A stretch of 32,000 bases of DNA from Promethearchaeota archaeon (lineage in GTDB: Archaea; Asgardarchaeota; Lokiarchaeia; Sigyniarchaeales; SOKP01). The position numbers were made by a program, and so were the translations under genes. The stretch covers positions 450,001-482,000 of the forward strand of contig JAUWGH010000001.1 of the NCBI GenBank assembly GCA_030606485.1, written 5' to 3'. Under the pieces are notes generated by a model. It saw only the letters and a program-made list of their open reading frames with translations. It did no database searches and was not told where the DNA came from. Within the stretch, counting starts at the first letter, position 1; each line of letters begins with the position of its first letter. Shown one piece after another: positions 28,959-32,000 of this stretch.

Positions 28959-31175
28959 ATGTCTGAAGAATCAAACGATGCGCCTCTAATTTCTATAGTA
29001 GTAGGTGTTCGAAATATGGAAGACACCATTGAATCCTGTATCAATAGTTTATTAAATCAAACTTATAAAAATAAAGAAATTATTATAATAAATGATGGTT
29101 CAGATGATAAGACATTACCAATAATACAAAAAATTAAAAGAGAAAATAATAAAATTGCATTTAAGGTAATTACAACTGAGAAAAAAGGTATTTCCCATGC
29201 ACGAAATTTAGGATATGAACTTGCAAAAGGTGAATTTGTAGCTTATTCCGATGCAGATTGTATCTTAGTAAAAAATTGGTTAGATGTAGTTATTCCCCAT
29301 TTTAAAGATCCAAAAGTAGCACTAGTTGGAGGCGTCACGATATTTAGATCTGATAATTCCTATTCTTCAATTTATAGACAAATTGAGTTTGAAAAAAGAT
29401 ATGAAAATATAACAAAGAAAGAAGTTGTTTGGGCTGGGGGTCCGGGATCAATATTTAGAAAATCAGTTCTAGAAGAAATCGGAGGCTTTAATCCTAACTG
29501 GATTCATGGAGAAGATGCTGAAATTTCATTTCTTATTTATGAAAAAAATTATAAAATAATAAAGGAAAACTCCGCCATTACATATCATGTTGCTGAAAAA
29601 AATTTTAAGAGATTAATCTTTAAAGGATATAGAGATGGAAGAGCATATGTTAGAGCTACTTTTTTTCACCCAAAAACTTCTTTAAAAAATAAATTTAATA
29701 CTTCATGGTATTTATCCTATGATATGGTTTTTCAACCTATATTATATGGCATTTTATTAATGCTAATACCTACGATTTTACTCTTATGGTTGTTTAATAT
29801 TTATTATTTTATTATAGTGTGGGGAATATGGGACGCACGTTTTCCAAATGTATTCAGAATAAGTATCTATATATTTATTATCTTATTCTCCTTTCTATTC
29901 TTTTATTCATTTATTCCCTCATATTATGTAGCGAAAAGAATTAAAAATAAGAAGGTTAGTTATTTTATTAAAAGCATCTTTTTACACATTATTAGAGGAT
30001 TTGCTTGGGGGCTAAGTCTTATTTTTGGAATTATCAATGCTATCCGATATAAGTTTTTTTCTCTTACAAAATTAGACGATTATAAACTGTTAGATAGTCA
30101 ATATTATTATAAATTAAAACCAATCGAGAATAAAATTACCAATATTGATTATTCAAGTATTAAATCAGAAGAAATGGATTTAATTTCAATCGTGATTGTC
30201 ACTTATAATAATGAAAAAACAATAAAAGCTGTACTTAATTCAATCTTCAATTCATTTTTTAAAAATTTAGAAATTATTATAATCGATTGTAATTCTCAGG
30301 ATAAAACAGTAGAAATTGTTAAAAGTTTTAAAAATCTAAAAATTAGACCATTTTTTTTGGAAAAAAATATAGGATATGCTAAAGCGAACAACTTTGGAGC
30401 TAAAAAAAGTAAAGGTAAATTCGTCATTTTCTTAAACCCAGACGCAGTTTTTGAAAAAAACACTATTTCTGGTTTATATCATACATATCAAGAATTAAGA
30501 AAAAACTATAATAAAATCATTTTATCTCCTAAAATTAATATTTTATCCAAAGGGCTCCAAATTTTCAAAATTGGAACAATTAACTCGATGGGATTTGCAT
30601 TTTTCGATCATTTGGATGGATATAAAGAAAAAGTTATTCAAAAGACAGATTTCGTCTCTGGTTGTTGTATTTTTATAGCTCTACAAGACTTTTTTGATTT
30701 AAATGCCTTTAATTCAAAATATTTTATGTATTACGAAGATGTAGAATTCTCAATTAGAGCGAGATATCGTAGATATAAATTGTTTGTTATTAACAATCTT
30801 TCTATTACGCACTTGAAATCAGATTTAGATTATAAATTAAATAAAAATAAATACTATTTTGTTGAAAGGAATAGAATTATAACTTTACTTCGATATAATC
30901 CTAGAAAAAAGAAGAATATTATCAAAATTATATTATTTGAACCAATATCAATTATTCATGCACTTTTTAATGGATTCTTGTCTATGCGAGCATTGATTTA
31001 TTCATATTTTTTAAAAAATAGGAAAACAAAATCTTTTGAAAATCTAAAAAATAAGGTAGTTATTAGCAATAAAACGCGAACTAAAGATCTTTTCTTTTTT
31101 TCTGGTTTTAAACCACAATATCAATTTCTTTTAATTTTTTTCGAATGGTATTTAAAAATTCTAAATAAAATTTAA
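28959..31175 (+). CDS. Bifunctional GT2-TM-GT2 fusion glycosyltransferase
   Basis: Domain 1: ISIVVGVRN, NDGSDD, YSDADC, GEDAE. Then a hydrophobic segment. Domain 2 from M406 (30174): ISIVIVTYN, IDCNSQD, FLNPDA, YYEDVEF. Confidence 0.88.
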   Translation: MSEESNDAPLISIVVGVRNMEDTIESCINSLLNQTYKNKEIIIINDGSDDKTLPIIQKIKRENNKIAFKVITTEKKGISHARNLGYELAKGEFVAYSDADCILVKNWLDVVIPHFKDPKVALVGGVTIFRSDNSYSSIYRQIEFEKRYENITKKEVVWAGGPGSIFRKSVLEEIGGFNPNWIHGEDAEISFLIYEKNYKIIKENSAITYHVAEKNFKRLIFKGYRDGRAYVRATFFHPKTSLKNKFNTSWYLSYDMVFQPILYGILLMLIPTILLLWLFNIYYFIIVWGIWDARFPNVFRISIYIFIILFSFLFFYSFIPSYYVAKRIKNKKVSYFIKSIFLHIIRGFAWGLSLIFGIINAIRYKFFSLTKLDDYKLLDSQYYYKLKPIENKITNIDYSSIKSEEMDLISIVIVTYNNEKTIKAVLNSIFNSFFKNLEIIIIDCNSQDKTVEIVKSFKNLKIRPFFLEKNIGYAKANNFGAKKSKGKFVIFLNPDAVFEKNTISGLYHTYQELRKNYNKIILSPKINILSKGLQIFKIGTINSMGFAFFDHLDGYKEKVIQKTDFVSGCCIFIALQDFFDLNAFNSKYFMYYEDVEFSIRARYRRYKLFVINNLSITHLKSDLDYKLNKNKYYFVERNRIITLLRYNPRKKKNIIKIILFEPISIIHALFNGFLSMRALIYSYFLKNRKTKSFENLKNKVVISNKTRTKDLFFFSGFKPQYQFLLIFFEWYLKILNKI

Positions 31176-31285
31176 ATGAATTTTGTTTTAATTGAATGTT
31201 AAAATTTTCAAAAAAATTAACTATTTAATTTAATTATAATATTAAAAAAAAATACAAATTTTTTGAAAGTAAAAATAAGAAATCA

Positions 31286-32000
31286 ATGAGTAAAAATACT
31301 TATATTTTAGCTATAAATGATGGTCATGATTCTTCAATTGCATTGTTAAAAAATGGTAAAATTATTTTTGCTATTGAAGAAGAAAGATTGAGAAATATAA
31401 AGCACTTTTCTGGGGTTCCAATCCAATCATTATTTTTTTTATTTAATTATATTCCTATTAAACCAGAAGATATTGATCTTATCACAGTAGTCAGTTTAGT
31501 TCGAACTTATAATCCTAGTGATGTTCAGGTTCCTTTTTATATTAAAATTTATTCAAGATTTGCAAAATTAATTCAATTAAGACCAGTTCATAAAATTACA
31601 AATAAAATTCTTAGACGTTTGCGAAAGCAAAAAGATTTATTAAATATTTTAAAACATCTGAATCTTTCGGAAAAACCAATTGTTTTTATAGAACACCATC
31701 ACGCTCATGCAGCAAGTGTTTATAGGAATTCTCCTTGGGGTGAAGACGAAAGGGTATTGATATTTACGGCGGATGCTGCTGGAGATGGATTAAGTGCAAC
31801 AGTTTCTATAGGGTATAAAAATAAAATTAAACGCATTGCTGAATCAAATTTTTTTAATAGTTTAGGTAGATTTTATACCGAAGCAACTGGATATTTAGGA
31901 TTGAAGAGAGATAATGATGAATACAAATTAATGGGACTTGCACCTTATGGAAATTACAAATATTCTATTAATACTCTTAAAAAAATTATTCAAATAGATG
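31286..32000 (+). CDS. NodU/CmcH/TobZ-family carbamoyltransferase, 3'-truncated by window edge (not in ORF track)
   Basis: MSKNTYILAINDGHDSSIAL, EEERLRNIKH, EHHHAHAAS, DAAGDG, DEYKLMGLAPYG. Confidence 0.92.
   Translation, partial: MSKNTYILAINDGHDSSIALLKNGKIIFAIEEERLRNIKHFSGVPIQSLFFLFNYIPIKPEDIDLITVVSLVRTYNPSDVQVPFYIKIYSRFAKLIQLRPVHKITNKILRRLRKQKDLLNILKHLNLSEKPIVFIEHHHAHAASVYRNSPWGEDERVLIFTADAAGDGLSATVSIGYKNKIKRIAESNFFNSLGRFYTEATGYLGLKRDNDEYKLMGLAPYGNYKYSINTLKKIIQID

Noticed and set aside
1-32000. CRISPR array, tRNA, rRNA or diversity-generating retroelement
   Set aside because: No regularly spaced repeats, structured RNA-like segments or reverse transcriptase; the repeat mismatches are not adenine-specific.

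Overview
Very AT-rich window that is almost entirely a cell-surface glycan biosynthesis locus in three orientation blocks: + (1-6.5 kb), - (6.7-19.0 kb) and + (19.3-32 kb). The host is probably an archaeon, possibly Lokiarchaeia/Asgard; this is inferred from protein module style only. It encodes soluble GT2/GT4 glycosyltransferases, a LegB-like dehydratase with a nucleotidyltransferase and an Rmd-like reductase, WecB, a Wzx-type flippase, a frameshifted FkbM methyltransferase and a partial NodU/CmcH carbamoyltransferase. There are also four large polytopic GT-C-like membrane proteins without the oligosaccharyltransferase WWDYG motif, two of which carry predicted lectin/CBM-like modules, and a membrane-anchored Asp-box (BNR) surface protein. 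The intergenic DNA holds rearrangement scars. A second, broken flippase copy brackets a 3.8-kb insert containing the BNR gene and small tightly packed ORFs. A ~100-bp segment at 20241-20339 looks like a collapsed 'empty' version of the whole 12.4-kb minus-strand block and carries an imperfect 13-5-13 inverted repeat. No rRNA, tRNA, CRISPR array or transposase was seen. All family assignments come from motif recognition by eye, not database searches.
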